The position numbers and the translations under genes are program-made. The notes under the pieces were generated by a model that saw only the letters and a list, made by a program, of their open reading frames with translations, had not been told where the DNA came from and made no database searches. From Octopus sinensis (taxonomy: Eukaryota), in contig NC_042998.1 in NCBI RefSeq assembly GCF_006345805.1, forward strand, positions 172,732,001 to 172,796,000: a stretch of 64,000 nucleotides of DNA. The letters are read 5' to 3'. Below are positions 50,219-63,169 of this stretch, one piece after another (the stretch's first letter is position 1; the number at the start of each line of letters is the position of its first letter).

Positions 50219-50593
50219 CTAGCATTATCACCCGGCGTTGCTCGGTTTTGTAAGGAAAATAACTATATAAGCATTTTTAGAGATCTCAATATGGCTAACC
50301 ACATGGGGGGGGGGGTTACTGTAGCTTTTTACGTTCTGAGATTTAATAATAAATTTTTAGAGAGTTACTTCCTTTATATATGCCAAAAATGCATTAAAAA
50401 TGGGAAAAATTGATGGTAATTTTCTTTTTAATCGTAGACTCATCGTAGACGCGCGCTAATACCCAGAAGGGCTCGATATGAATCACGACTATAAGATACC
50501 CGGTTTTGGTTAAACTGCACCGCAAAATGTGGGAGTAGTTAGGAATCTAAATCGTAGGAGACAGACACACAACTTGACTTTTATATATAAAGA
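50219..50593 (-). mobile_element. Non-autonomous Helitron (375 bp) with canonical ends
   Basis: Sense strand reads A|TCTTTATATATAAAAG...CCGAGCAACGCCGGG-TGATAATG-CTAG|T: 5' TC, subterminal GC-rich hairpin, 3' CTAG, AT target. Confidence 0.85.
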
Positions 50594-50602
50594 TATCTTA
50601 CG

Positions 50603-50755
50603 ATATAGGCACAGACATGGTTAAGAAGCTTCTTGCTTTGCAACTAGATGATTTTGGGTTCAGTCCCAAAGGGCGGCACTCTGGCTAAGTGTATTTTACT
50701 ATAATCTCGGATCGACTAATGCGTTGTGAATGAGTTTGAGAGAAAACTGTGGGAC
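50603..50755 (+). mobile_element. SINE family B head, diverged
   Basis: GGTTAAGAAGCTT..GGGTTCAGTCCC..GGCTAAGTG. Confidence 0.65.
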
Positions 50756-50819
50756 ACTGTTGTACACGCGCGCGCGCGCACACACACACACACACGCACA
50801 CACACATATGCATTGTTTT

Positions 50820-51020
50820 ATTCTTTTATATGTTTCAGTCATTTGACTGCGGATATACTTGTCAGTGCCTTAAAGTGTTTTAGTTGAAGAAATCGACCCC
50901 AGGACTTATTCTTTGTGAGCCTAGTACTTATTCTATCGTTCTTTTCTACCGAACCGCTAGTTAACGAGGACCAAAACACGCCAGCATCGATTGTCAAGTG
51001 ATGGTGGTGGGACAAACACA
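50820..51020 (-). mobile_element. SINE family B 3' body
   Basis: TGTTTCAGTCATTTGACTGCGG..ATCGACCCCAGGACTTATTCTTTG. Confidence 0.85.
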
Positions 51021-51058
51021 AACACACACAATCAAATATATACATACATACATATATG

Positions 51059-51111
<53 letters not shown>

Positions 51112-51257
51112 ACTCCACATATATATATCAACTCCACATTCCGAGCTTCCCTTGTTGTTCGCAAAAACAAAACCCAGTTTGTCTTCGTATTTCATGTTTA
51201 CGTCTTGTGACATCCTCTAACCAAATATGCACACATATATATATATACATATTAATA

Positions 51258-51463
51258 AATATAAGGGTAGCAAAAAAATTCTAGAAAAAATTCTCCGCTA
51301 CCAGCAGTCTAGTGAGAAAGAAAAGATAGTCAAAGAATATATAATATACATTCAACAATATAAGGAATGGCCCTAATAGGCCATTCGACTCACTAGAAAG
51401 AGCATCCAAACTCAAACCGCTAAATAGTTGTAATTCTGAAATTGAAAGAGAAATAAAAACATT
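51258..51463 (+). repeat. Diverged solo copy of the junction part of the 487-bp tandem unit
   Basis: ATATAAGGGTAGCAAAAAAATT..CTAGTG..GAATGGCCCTAATAGGCCATTC..CACTAGAAA..AAAACATTT, between (TA)n tracts. Confidence 0.75.
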
Positions 51464-51590
51464 TTAGTATATATATACATATATGTACATATGTATATAT
51501 GCCTATATATATATTTTATTTATATTATTATATATAAATACATGTATATACAATATATATATATTGTATATATATATACCACTACTGAGT

Positions 51591-51635
<45 letters not shown>

Positions 51636-52304
51636 TGCTAGAGAGAGAGTGAGAGAGAAAGAGAGGGACAGACAGACAAAAATAGATAAACATATTAAGA
51701 TATGATAAATTGTTGGAATATGAGGCGATATAACACACTTATTTTGTACATAATCACACCACCCACACAAACTCATACAACCCACTCAAACTTACACAAT
51801 CCGCACAAACACTTATCTTGTAAACATAAACTATGTAGAAAAGCATAGAATGTGTCGAATACAGTAGAGCATTAAAAATATAACGCTTCCTTGTCATATT
51901 TTAGTTAACGTATCTTTATCATTACTGTAAACAGACGTTGAATTTAGACTTCATCAACAGAAATATAAAGACGTTTAAAATAAAGCGAGGAATTGTAAAT
52001 GAGCAATTACCTGGAAGCTGGTCTTTTTCATGAAAAAAATACATAGCATTGTAAATTGATCCTCTCATTTAAATGATTCCAGATTTTTCAAACGATTGGT
52101 TGCGTTTAACTTATAGGCATCTAAATAATATTGTCTTTGTTGTTATTTTTCTTGTTAGGTTTATTAGACGTAGTTGTAATCAAGAGTACTGCTTTTTTGT
52201 TTATAAATTTTTAGCTTTATTTCTTACTGAAAATGCACGCCTTGTGTTTTAAGTATCCTTGTAGCAGTAACTTGCATGAAAAAAAAATATATATACTGAA
52301 TTTG

Positions 52305-52345
<41 letters not shown>

Positions 52346-52687
52346 AGAACAGAAAATATCTTATTTTGTTTTCGTATTACTTCCTATGTCGCTTGGTTTT
52401 TCAAACGGATTATCCGCAGCTCATACTGAGAGGATTGAAGGAGATTTGAGTACTTGTTCATCAGCGAGATTATAACAAAAATAACAGCAGCAGCAACGAC
52501 ATCATCATCATGATCATCAACATCATCAACGACAACAACAACAACAACAACAATAGGAACCAGAACAACGACGACGACGACGACAACAACAACAACGATA
52601 CTAATGATAATAATAGGAACAACAAAAATAATCTCAACATTTAATTCATTACCCGCCATTGATCTTCCTACCACATTACAATTACAA

Positions 52688-53066
52688 GGCGGCGAGCTGG
52701 CAGAAACGTTAGCACGCCGGGCGAAATGCTTAGCCGTATTTCGTCTGCCGTTACGTTCTGAGTTCAAATTCCGCCGAGGTCGACTTTGCCTTTCATTCTT
52801 TCGGGGTCGATTAAATAAGAACCAGTTACGCACTGGGTCGATGTAATCGACTTAATCCGTTTGTCTGTCCTTGTTTGTCCTCTTTGTGTTTAGCCCTTTG
52901 TGGGTAGTAAAGAAATAGGTATTTCGTCTATCTTCTCGTTCTGAGTTCAAATGCGTCCGAGGTCGTCTTTGCCGTTCATCCTTTCAAGGTTGATAAATTA
53001 AGTGGCGGCGAAACACTGGGGTTGATGTTATCGACTTAATCCCTTCCTCCAAATCCAGTAGAAAGG
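52688..53066 (+). mobile_element. SINE family A, full length, internally duplicated, (ATT)n tail
   Basis: tRNA-like head GGCGGCGAGCTGGCAGAAACGTTAG..GAGTTCAAATTCC; the segment GTATTTCGTCT..GTTCTGAGTTCAAAT..ATCGACTTAATCC occurs twice. Confidence 0.9.
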
Positions 53067-53076
53067 ATTATTATTA

Positions 53077-53111
<35 letters not shown>

Positions 53112-53905
53112 GTTTTTTCCTTCCTTCTTCAAATTTTCTTCCGTTTCTCGCCGAGTGTTTTCCATACACCTAGGGCAGAAAAGTTCATTGTATGCATTCC
53201 CAGATTAAAAGGCGCAAATTCACAGATAAGATATGTATTTAAAAATTAATTAATAAATAAATTCATGAATGGATGTTGTTTTCACAGCGATAATGCTCTT
53301 CTCAGTATATGAGCCGTTCCAGTTAATACGATTTTTTGCACTTCCTGTAGGGATGGTAAGCCTGGAATCATTTTCAAATAAGTTTCAGTACCTTTTTTTA
53401 TCATTCATAGAGATCCTACAATCACTGGTACTTCAGATGTCACATTTTTTCAATTTCTATTAGCAAGTCTTTATATTTACTAATCTTGTCAAATTCCTTC
53501 GCCGCTATATTGTGACCGCAAAAAATACTCATGTCAATTAATAAACACATCTTTTTTGTCTGATCTTTTATAATAGTATCCGGTTTATTAGCTTTTATAG
53601 TCTTGTCGGTCTGTACGGAGAAGTCCCATAGAATCGACACATTTTCTCCCTCAGTCACAGCTTCAGGGTGGTGTTTATACCATTTGTCAGCGGTTTTGAT
53701 TTTATAATGCCAATGTATAAATACTAACTGACTCTGTCATGTCTTGCTTTATATTCTGCAGGTGCCTTGACTCTACACCCTGCGATTAGGTAGTCTATTG
53801 TTTCAGTCTCATCGTGACAGAATCGGCATTTTAGGTCAGCTCCAATTTTTATCACATTTGCCTGGTAGTTCCGGGTTAATAAGCTTTGGCTTTGAGCAGC
53901 TAATA
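53112..53905 (-). mobile_element. R4/Dong-like LINE 3' part (zinc knuckle + REL + 3' UTR)
   Basis: ILAAQSQSLLTRNY, CRFCHDETETIDYLIAGC, ILWDF, KANKPD, ISKYKDL. Confidence 0.85.
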
Positions 53906-53920
53906 TGAAATTATTATTAT

Positions 53921-53956
<36 letters not shown>

Positions 53957-53969
53957 CACCACCACCACC

Positions 53970-54061
<92 letters not shown>

Positions 54062-54109
54062 CAAGGAGACGAGCTGGCCGAATCGTTAGCACGACAGGCA
54101 AAATTATTA

Positions 54110-54700
54110 TGATTAACTTGCATGTCTCATGTCTTACTCCAGAATTTTCTAGCTTTTTCTTCAATAGGTTTCTCATCTTCAGTACTTCCTTCTGCACTAT
54201 TTATTTGACAATACTATCTTCTCTCGTCTGTCTCAAATAATCTATTCTGTACATGCTGATCAATTCTTTTCTGATATCGGAAAAGCTTACCAGCTACTGC
54301 TGTGATATGATACTTCAACTTTTCCATGACCGTTCCAAATCCTTTCTCTTTGACTAAGTACCTTTTCTCAAGAGAAGATTTAAATCTTGCCTTTCCGAAC
54401 TTGTTCAGTTTCCAGGCTTCTTTCCTACTCTGATCTCGTCTTAATGTTTTCACTTTATTTTATAATTTTCTTTTCTACATCTGCGCTTTTCTAGTCTTTC
54501 CTTGAGGAATACCTAATCTTCCAGTAACTACAACCCTCTCCTGCATAGGTCAGTAAGTTATTGTTACCTATATTTGTAGTATATCTCCTACTGATAACAG
54601 AATGCACATTCCTAGTCATGTCTACCAGCTTCCTTCTGGTGGTACCTTTAAATGCTGCCAATCTTTTTCTTTCTTATTTACACATTGCTTCCTACAAGCC
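54110..54700 (-). mobile_element. R4/Dong-like LINE pre-RT fragment
   Basis: KLKYHITAVAGKLFRYQKRIDQHVQNRLFETDERR parallels KLKQDILAKAQRIRRYEKR at 35.6 kb. Confidence 0.6.
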
Positions 54701-54733
54701 ATCTAAAATGTTATAATAATAATGATGATGATG

Positions 54734-54828
<95 letters not shown>

Positions 54829-54854
54829 TATTATTATTATTATTATTATTATTA

Positions 54855-55105
54855 GGCGCGCGGCCTCGTGGTTAGGGTGTTGCACTCACAATCGCTTCAG
54901 TTACTAAACCAGGTAGTGCCTTGTGATCTTGAGCAACACCTTCATCTCACATTTCCCTGCGATTACGTTGACACCCGACGTGTGGTACACTATGCACTTT
55001 TTCAGGCTTGTCGCTTTGATGGAGGCAGTGAGCTAATGTACAGCACATTTGCACTGGTTGTTCAGCAAAGACTAAACATTCATACCTCTTCGACAGGAAT
55101 TCCCT
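54855..55105 (+). mobile_element. tRNA-head SINE, family D, deleted
   Basis: GGCGCGCGGCCTCGTGGTTAGGGTGTTGCACTC head directly after (ATT)n. Confidence 0.55.
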
Positions 55106-55141
55106 CCTCTTCCCTCTCCTTATCATCATCATCCTCATCAT

Positions 55142-55176
<35 letters not shown>

Positions 55177-55292
55177 GTAGCAACAGCAGCAGCATTATTT
55201 TGTGTATATTTTAAAATTTGTTGTTATTTCTGAGATAACCCAAGTAACAATACCATTAGCTTAGCAGGAGGAACAGCAGATAATTTACTCAC

Positions 55293-55447
55293 AGCTCACA
55301 AGGAAACCAAAACCATAGCCGTAAGGCACAAATTACAAAACTAATATTAACCAACATATTATTATTACAGCAAGACGAAGTATCAATAAAGACTGTATAG
55401 TGAAAAGATTCAGGGTATTTAAAGCCAAATACACATATGGAGTCGTT
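55293..55447 (-). CDS. Candidate upstream exon; possible ATG at 55357 giving the signal-peptide-like MLVNISFVICALRLWFWFPCE
   Basis: Acceptor TGTTTTGCATGTTTTGCAG and donor CT|GTGAGT; no link to the downstream exons shown. Confidence 0.3.
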
Positions 55448-56149
55448 CTGCAAAACATGCAAAACACAGAACACAACGTTTTTGTCAACATTTGTCGTGG
55501 AAAGAACACAGCATTAAATATAAACTGACCAATAATCAATTGTCCAAATTCCTTTTGCAAATGACTCTGGGAGAAGCTCTCGTGTGCCACAGAAAAAATG
55601 CAACATAATTAGCAACATTGATACTTGCACAACAACAAACTTAAGATATTATATTATATATAAGGTATAATTTGCAAAGATGTTAACTATCTAAGACAAA
55701 ATGGGAATGAATATAGAAGTGGCATTACAGCGACAAACAATTTGTTAAAAGAACATCACACTGGTTAGAAAATTTAATGACTATTGAACTACGCCCAGAA
55801 CAACGCTATTAGCATAGTTGTGAAATATAGGATTTCTCGGTCTTCTGAGAATCGATTATGGTAAAACTTTTCCCAGCTGGTTTGCAGTCTATGGCAACTC
55901 TGTAGTTATGTTTCATTATTCTGTGTAACGTCCTTTCTTTTTTATTTCAGATTCTTCAGTTTTTGAGTGAACTACGCTAACAGCTTTTGAATGAAAATAG
56001 CTCATCTAGACATTTATTTCAGAAAATGAAGGGTAATGATACATATTAAGCATACATTGAATATATATTTAACAGAAAACTATAATAATATTATAGCATT
56101 TATTGATATAACGAATTATTTAGTCACATAAGCCCCAAGAAAAGAACGA

Positions 56150-56705
56150 TCCGATTGCGGGACCTCCAAGAATGTGACAGCTAGGGATTTAAGGAATATT
56201 GCTCACAAGTTACGCAAGGAACCTGGACAAACGGACAGAGCAATTTTCATCGTACCCGGACTTCCTCATGTACCGAAAACCGTCAGGAATCGCATCATTA
56301 AGAGAAACCCTGCAAGTGCCTCCTTACAGGAGTTTGAGGCTTCAATGGGCCTAAAAGGAGGTCTTGAATCCCTAGCTAGATGATATACTGCTGTCACTTC
56401 TAAGAAATTTCGTATTCCTACATGACAACGCTCCTTCCCACTCTGCTAGGACCACCGAAACATTCTTAGGGTCTTACGGCATACAAGGTGAAATGTTGGT
56501 GTGGCCGCTATCATCACTGGATCTCATCGCTATCGAAAATCTTTAGTCCATCATTAAAGAAGATGTTTATGCCGATGTCTAGTGGGCGACCATCAAAGCT
56601 GCAGTAGAAGTAGTCCAACCTGCTACTATTAAGTAATTGATAGATTCCATGACTAATAAGGTTTTTGAAGTTATCCGTTGAAATGGCGCTCATATGGTTA
56701 AATAA
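56150..56705 (+). mobile_element. Tc1-family (TRT/DD37E-like) transposase remnant
   Basis: TARDLRNI..VPKTVRNRII; LHDNAPSHSARTT..GIQGEMLVWPLSSLDLIAIENL; internal deletion and stops. Confidence 0.7.
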
Positions 56706-57334
56706 TTCATTATGTCAATAAGTGTTATAATATTGTTATGGTTTTCTGTTAAATATATACTCAATGTATACTTAATATGCATCATTACCCTTCATTTTCT
56801 GAAACAAAAATGTCTAGATGGGCTATTGTCATTCAAAAGCTATTAACGTGGTTCACCCCAAAACTGGAGAAACTGAAATAAAAAAGAAAGGACGTTAAAC
56901 AGAATAATGGTAACACAAAAATGGTGTGCAAGCCAGATAGGAAAAGTTTTATCAAAATCGATTCACAGAAAACCGAGAAATCCTAAATTTCTCTCCTAAG
57001 CTATTAGCGCGGTCCTGCCCACAGAATAGTATTTAAAGAGATAAATTAAAATTGATAGTAACAGATCAACAACTTAAAGAGGTTGGATACCATTGTGAAC
57101 CGATACAAAACTTGATAAAAGAATTACAATATTATGCAACATAAGGCAACACACCTGTGGGATAAACAGTAATCTTGACAGAATAAGAGTTAAGAGCTTT
57201 GATTTTGAATAGCACTTGAAATATTTGTTTCCCTCCCTGTTTCCCTCCTCTGCATGTGTATACATATGTACATAGATAGATACGTATACATACACGTAAA
57301 GACACTGTCACAGACACAGACACACACAGACACA

Positions 57335-57395
<61 letters not shown>

Positions 57396-58206
57396 GAATA
57401 GATAGATAATTAATAGCGACAGAAACATAATTAATACCGGTTTCAAATTTGGGCAGGCACGAGGTCGCCTGTCACGATATAATGAATATCAACGTCTATT
57501 CAAGTACTGCTGTTGCAAATATCCAGAGGGCTTATTAAAAAATAGGAAGCAGTATTAATATATACTAGTATTACTTCAATCCATCAGATAATGAACTTAC
57601 ATTGAACACTCTCACCCGTTCCTTATATAAAATGTAACACATGTATACACATCACACACTCATACACTCAAACACACACGCACATATTCACAAACATATC
57701 CGTAAGATCGTGAATGTTAGGAGTGATATGCAGCACATTAAACATGTTGTATGGTCGGATCGTTGATAACTAAACAGACATCACAACCGGGCTAACCTGA
57801 CATGTCTGTCAAAAGGACACTTGAATCATCAATCATGCGATCAACAACTACGTCGCAATAATTAATGTAATCATATATATGAAATGCTATTTAGCAAAGA
57901 TTCCGAGCTATATTCACAGAAGTCTAGAGTTACGTTGATCTTACAATCCATGTGTGTTCTCGTATTGCTAATAAATGCTTCATATTCTTGTACGTATGCG
58001 TATTAACAAATGTGTTTACGCATCGCTCTTTTATACTATTCGTAAAAATATCACGTTATTAATTCATGTTCTATTAATAACGGTTAATTAGCCATCAATA
58101 TTATTTTGTTTCTCACTTTGATTTGATTTGTCTTTTTAACGAATTTATTCCACTTTCAACTTTGCTTCATTCTGTCTTGAAACAGTTTGATCATCCTGCA
58201 ACGTCG

Positions 58207-58209
<3 letters not shown>

Positions 58210-58261
<52 letters not shown>

Positions 58262-58320
58262 GCACGCACGCACACATACAGACACAGACACACAGACACA
58301 CAGACACACAGACACACACA

Positions 58321-58356
<36 letters not shown>

Positions 58357-58730
58357 TACGCTAACATGAACACGCTAACACAAATACATATGCATGCACG
58401 CTCTGTATACGCCCAACGACACAAACATACACAAATGCACACACACATAATAATAGAAACCTCACAGGCGTGGTATCTGTAAAATGATCTCTGATAATGC
58501 AGTAAAAAGCACTGAAACTGGTCAGGTCAATAACATTTTCTCGCCACACAAAGAAAAACGTTGTTTAACAAATCGATTTTCAGAATAACGCTGCAAATGT
58601 GCTTTTTAAACATAAGTTAGCAAATTTACTCTGTATCTGCTTTCTCTCCAACTCCTTGTCTTCTCCTCCATCTCCTCCTCTCTCTTCCCACACACACACA
58701 CACACACATACACACTCACACACACACACC

Positions 58731-58764
<34 letters not shown>

Positions 58765-58977
58765 CCTGCCTTTCACTTGCACTCTGTTTCTCACATACAT
58801 ACTCTCAAACAGAATATATTGAATGACGTTCAGTTAGGTGTAGATGGACAACAATAGTAATGGTACGCCTAAGTGTGAAGTGAAGGTGTCAAAATAGTCA
58901 TGGGTTTAAGTGCCAATCAATTTCACTATTGATTATGCACTATATATATATAAATACATATAGAGATAGATAGACAG

Positions 58978-59014
<37 letters not shown>

Positions 59015-59070
59015 TATATATATATATGTGTATGCACAAACACACACACACACACACACACCACACACAC

Positions 59071-59101
<31 letters not shown>

Positions 59102-59109
59102 TAAATATT

Positions 59110-59141
<32 letters not shown>

Positions 59142-59143
59142 CC

Positions 59144-59174
<31 letters not shown>

Positions 59175-59190
59175 ATATATATATATATGT
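58210..59190. repeat. Cluster of compound (CA)n/(CAGA)n/(TA)n/(CT)n microsatellites
   Basis: Visible directly; explains the HT/CV/YI ORFs. Confidence 0.9.
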
Positions 59191-59204
59191 GTATGTTGAA
59201 TCGA

Positions 59205-59340
59205 CGCCAACTCTTACTCTTTTAAGCCTTGTATCTATTATGTAGGTCTATTTTGCCGAACCACAAACTTAGGTCGATGTAAACAAATCAACACTGGTTG
59301 TCAAGCGTTAGTGTGATTACATGCACAAACAGAAAGACAC

Positions 59341-59401
<61 letters not shown>

Positions 59402-59590
59402 CACACACACACACACAACACACACACATAAAAAACACACATACATATATATGTATTTATATACGACGGTCTTCTTTCAATTTCCCTCTACCAATATCCA
59501 CCACGAAAACTTTGATAGGCCTGGCTTGTAGCAGACACTGACCCAAGGTGTCACACAGTGGGACGGAACCGGGAACTTCTTACCACACAA
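59205..59590 (-). mobile_element. SINE family B, diverged
   Basis: TTTTGCCGAACC..GTTGTCAAGCG..(CA)n..ACGACGGTCTTCTTTC..CAGTGGGACGGAACCGG. Confidence 0.75.
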
Positions 59591-60160
59591 CTACACTTTA
59601 TATATATCAAAACAGAGAGAGAGAGAGAGTGAGAGAGAGAGAGAGAGAGAGAAAGAGGGAGAGAGAAAGATGCATATCTGCTTATATGTGTATGTGGCTA
59701 TAAGTTCACACATATTCATCTGCGTATAAACATGTGCTTCTACGTAGGTGTGAGTATCGTTTTGGTTTCACTTCATTTGATTGGAGTAGAAAGTATTTTG
59801 AGGGATGGTTAGAAAATGTAATTTAATTTAAAGTCCACAAGCTTTCATGCGTGGTCTTTAGACATAACGATATCTGAAGATTACTGTTGTGAAATACTAT
59901 ATATAGGTATAATCCTTATATATACAGCTGTCTCTGTTTCCAATTGAATTTATTCATAGTATATTTATGTACATTTTAAAACTATTTTTTAAAAGATCTA
60001 CTATAACTATTTTACTTCTACTCTTTATTTCTTCCTGCTTTTTAACATTAAACATGCTCAGGTCTCTGTACTTAGATCCAGCACTTAAATTGATTTGACG
60101 CAACATAGCTTCATTTCTACTGACCATAGAAGCTAATTGTATACACACATACACCACACA

Positions 60161-60213
<53 letters not shown>

Positions 60214-63058
60214 GTATGTAGGTATATAAAGTGAACATTTTATAAGTGTATTTAAAGGTGAGTCTTTGATGTAGCTATGATGCCCCGATGGTCTGACGAG
60301 TTAGCTTTATTTACCTGCATGGATACATGAATATACAATTGTATTGTATAATGCATGGCGCTCTTACTAGTTCAGACATGTACACATAATTTATTATCCA
60401 TTGAAATTATTATTACTCAAAGGAGAGTTCGAAACGGCCGTAAGCCTAAGGATGATAAGTATTTAAATAAATATATTTATTTCTTATTCCTCCTGACAGA
60501 TTATGGTTTATATATCCCTTATGAAATAATTTGATGGATCGGATCTTCGGTATTTTATCTACATGGTACTCTGCATTATACTCTATTGTACTCCATTATA
60601 CTGTATTATACTGTTAGCCGGGTCCGTTAGAGGAGCTTTTTCTGATAATCTTACAACTCGGCAAATATTACACAACTTTATTATATGTATATATCCACGT
60701 AAAAGCCTATGTTAATTGAAAAAGGGCAACAATTCAATGCTTTCTTGAGCTTTTGAAAAAGGGATGCTTGAGAGCGGTTATTGAAGAGGTTCATATAAAA
60801 CAGGTTGAATTACGTAATTTCCCACTGAGCAAACGTATAGAAATAGGTGAAAGCAACAGATTCATGATCTTTCCATTCTATAAATGCCCAAGGGATGATT
60901 CCAAATACCGGAAAGAAAGTGAAATACATAATATTAAAAGCATTTCACTAAGACAAAATACGTAAAAACCATAGAAATTTGTATTAAAACTAAATATGCA
61001 AAAATAAGAGAAATTTGCATTAAACAATTACTTCACTAGAAGAACCAAAGCAAGTAATCACTAAATATTATCAATGATGATGATTTTATTACTGTTAATA
61101 AAATTACTAGAAAAATTAACTCTCAAGCAATCAAAACATTCACACAACACACTCTCACATACACTCTCACACATGACGCATATTTAAATGCCTTCCGAGG
61201 CAATTTGGTGAAAGCAATTTCTAAAACAACTTTTTCTTCTATCTCATTCTACAATACACAGCCACTGACCAAAAATCCTCAACAGCCACTTAATGACTAA
61301 AAATTACAATTTATTGCAATGTATAAAAATGTTGATATGTTTTGATTTGTCATCAAATCAACCATCCCAGAAAATCTCTCTTTTTTTTATCGTTTTAATC
61401 CTTCTCTAACCAAACATCTAAAATAGTACATATATGTTTTGTTTAAAAAGTCACCACACATACGTAGACAATACATGCACACGCATATTCACTTAACATA
61501 ACAGATAACCGCTACTAAACATTCTTTTTTCTAAAATCCAAGAATACGAAATGAACTTAACCTCTTTTTGACAGACTCACAAGTATATTAAAGAAAAAAT
61601 CTATGACGAATTTGTAAAGGAGAGGAAAGCGCTCAATAAATGGTATTTATCCAAATTCTGACTACGTTTCCCCTTTTACAAATATAGAAAATTGCTACAC
61701 CACCATAAATCATATCTACATAGATACATGCATACATACATACATACGTACATACATACATACATGCATACATACACACATATCTATCTACACACACACA
61801 CATTTTTATATGTATTTTTATACGTATATATACACGTATATGTTGTTGACGTATTAACAAATTAGAAATTGAAAGAGTGGGTGAAATATGTTTTTGGAAT
61901 AGTGAAAATCGAAGCACATGTAGTGAAAGATAATAGCATGTATATAGTGGGTATAAAAAAACCCCACTTCGTATAGGAAAAGACGAAGGCTTCTCGTGAT
62001 ACCGAACTAAAGTTTTCTGTAATAATGTTATATTATGTTACAAGTTTCACACATCGTATGAATCCAAAACTTCATATTAAATCGAATCCAAAACTTCATA
62101 TTAAATGCTAATATTAAGTCGCTTTTCTTTACCATTTGAATGATCGGATTTACTAGCATATAAGACGTAATCTCGCATGAGACAAGTCCCTACTTTTTGC
62201 AGAAAAATGTATATGTTTGAAGTTACATACTTTTACGTGAATGTATAAGAACAGCAAGTCACTATGTCTTATTTCCTTTGTGAATTTAATGGGATATTGG
62301 AAGGTTGTTCAAAATGCTATTGAATAATTGTTACATTTAAGAATTAAAAAAAAAACGCTTCTTGTATACCGGCAAATACTGTGACTATCCTGACTTTGTG
62401 TTTCTATAAATATTCGTCTTTTCCTGCGTGCAGCTTTAACTATTTATATGGCAGTACTCTAGTTTCCGTGTTTTCATTAGTATTGTTAAATATTTATATG
62501 GTTGGGTTTATACCCAAGTATACGTATTCCCGTAATTCAATGCAACTATTTGTGCTTCTCACTTTTGTCGTTATTTATTTTTTACAAAGTTTACGTAAGT
62601 AAAAAATGTCCATTGAAAAATATGTCGCCAAACATCACGAAATATATCTCATGTAACGCGTTAATGAATTTAATATAAATGGTATGTTCACCTATATGTT
62701 CACCGAATTTGCTTATTATACATATGTATGCTCTCATACCCAATTATCTTTATCTTTTCTTTATCATTCATATAACACACATATATTCTTGTATGTTTCT
62801 GTCTTTGTTAATATTACGAAATATATTTATTCCAGTTTATTTCAAAGCAGAAAGAAGTCCCTCACACACACACACACTCACACACACACACACATACATG
62901 CTTATATGCATCTATGAATGTATTTGTATGTGTGATTATGCATGTATGCACGTGTGTGCGTGCGTACTTATATATAGTTTATCAAATGTCTAATGCATTC
63001 CAAGGAAGATCAGGGAGAGAAAATGATTTAAAAAAAAAATCTTATTAATTCATTTTAT

Positions 63059-63169
63059 TTAGATTCACTTAATTTGTTAAAATATTTTCGTCGGTTTGAG
63101 ACTGAGACCTGTTCACTGACAAAATTTCGTGCTGTGACAAATTAAATTTAAATGTTTAAGTGAATCTAA
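63059..63169. repeat. 14-bp perfect inverted repeat enclosing ~83 bp (small MITE-like)
   Basis: TTAGATTCACTTAA ... TTAAGTGAATCTAA. Confidence 0.6.

Noticed and set aside
52688-52770. tRNA gene
   Set aside because: The tRNA-like head continues into a repeated SINE body with an (ATT)n tail; the same applies at 26569 and 54855.
60415-60446. Hammerhead 3' half: ACTC-aaagga-GAGT..GAAAC-GGCC-GTA with palindromic stem III
   Set aside because: No CUGANGA core and no stem I partner directly upstream; the CTGACGAG at ~60293 does not pair into stem II. At most a truncated relic.
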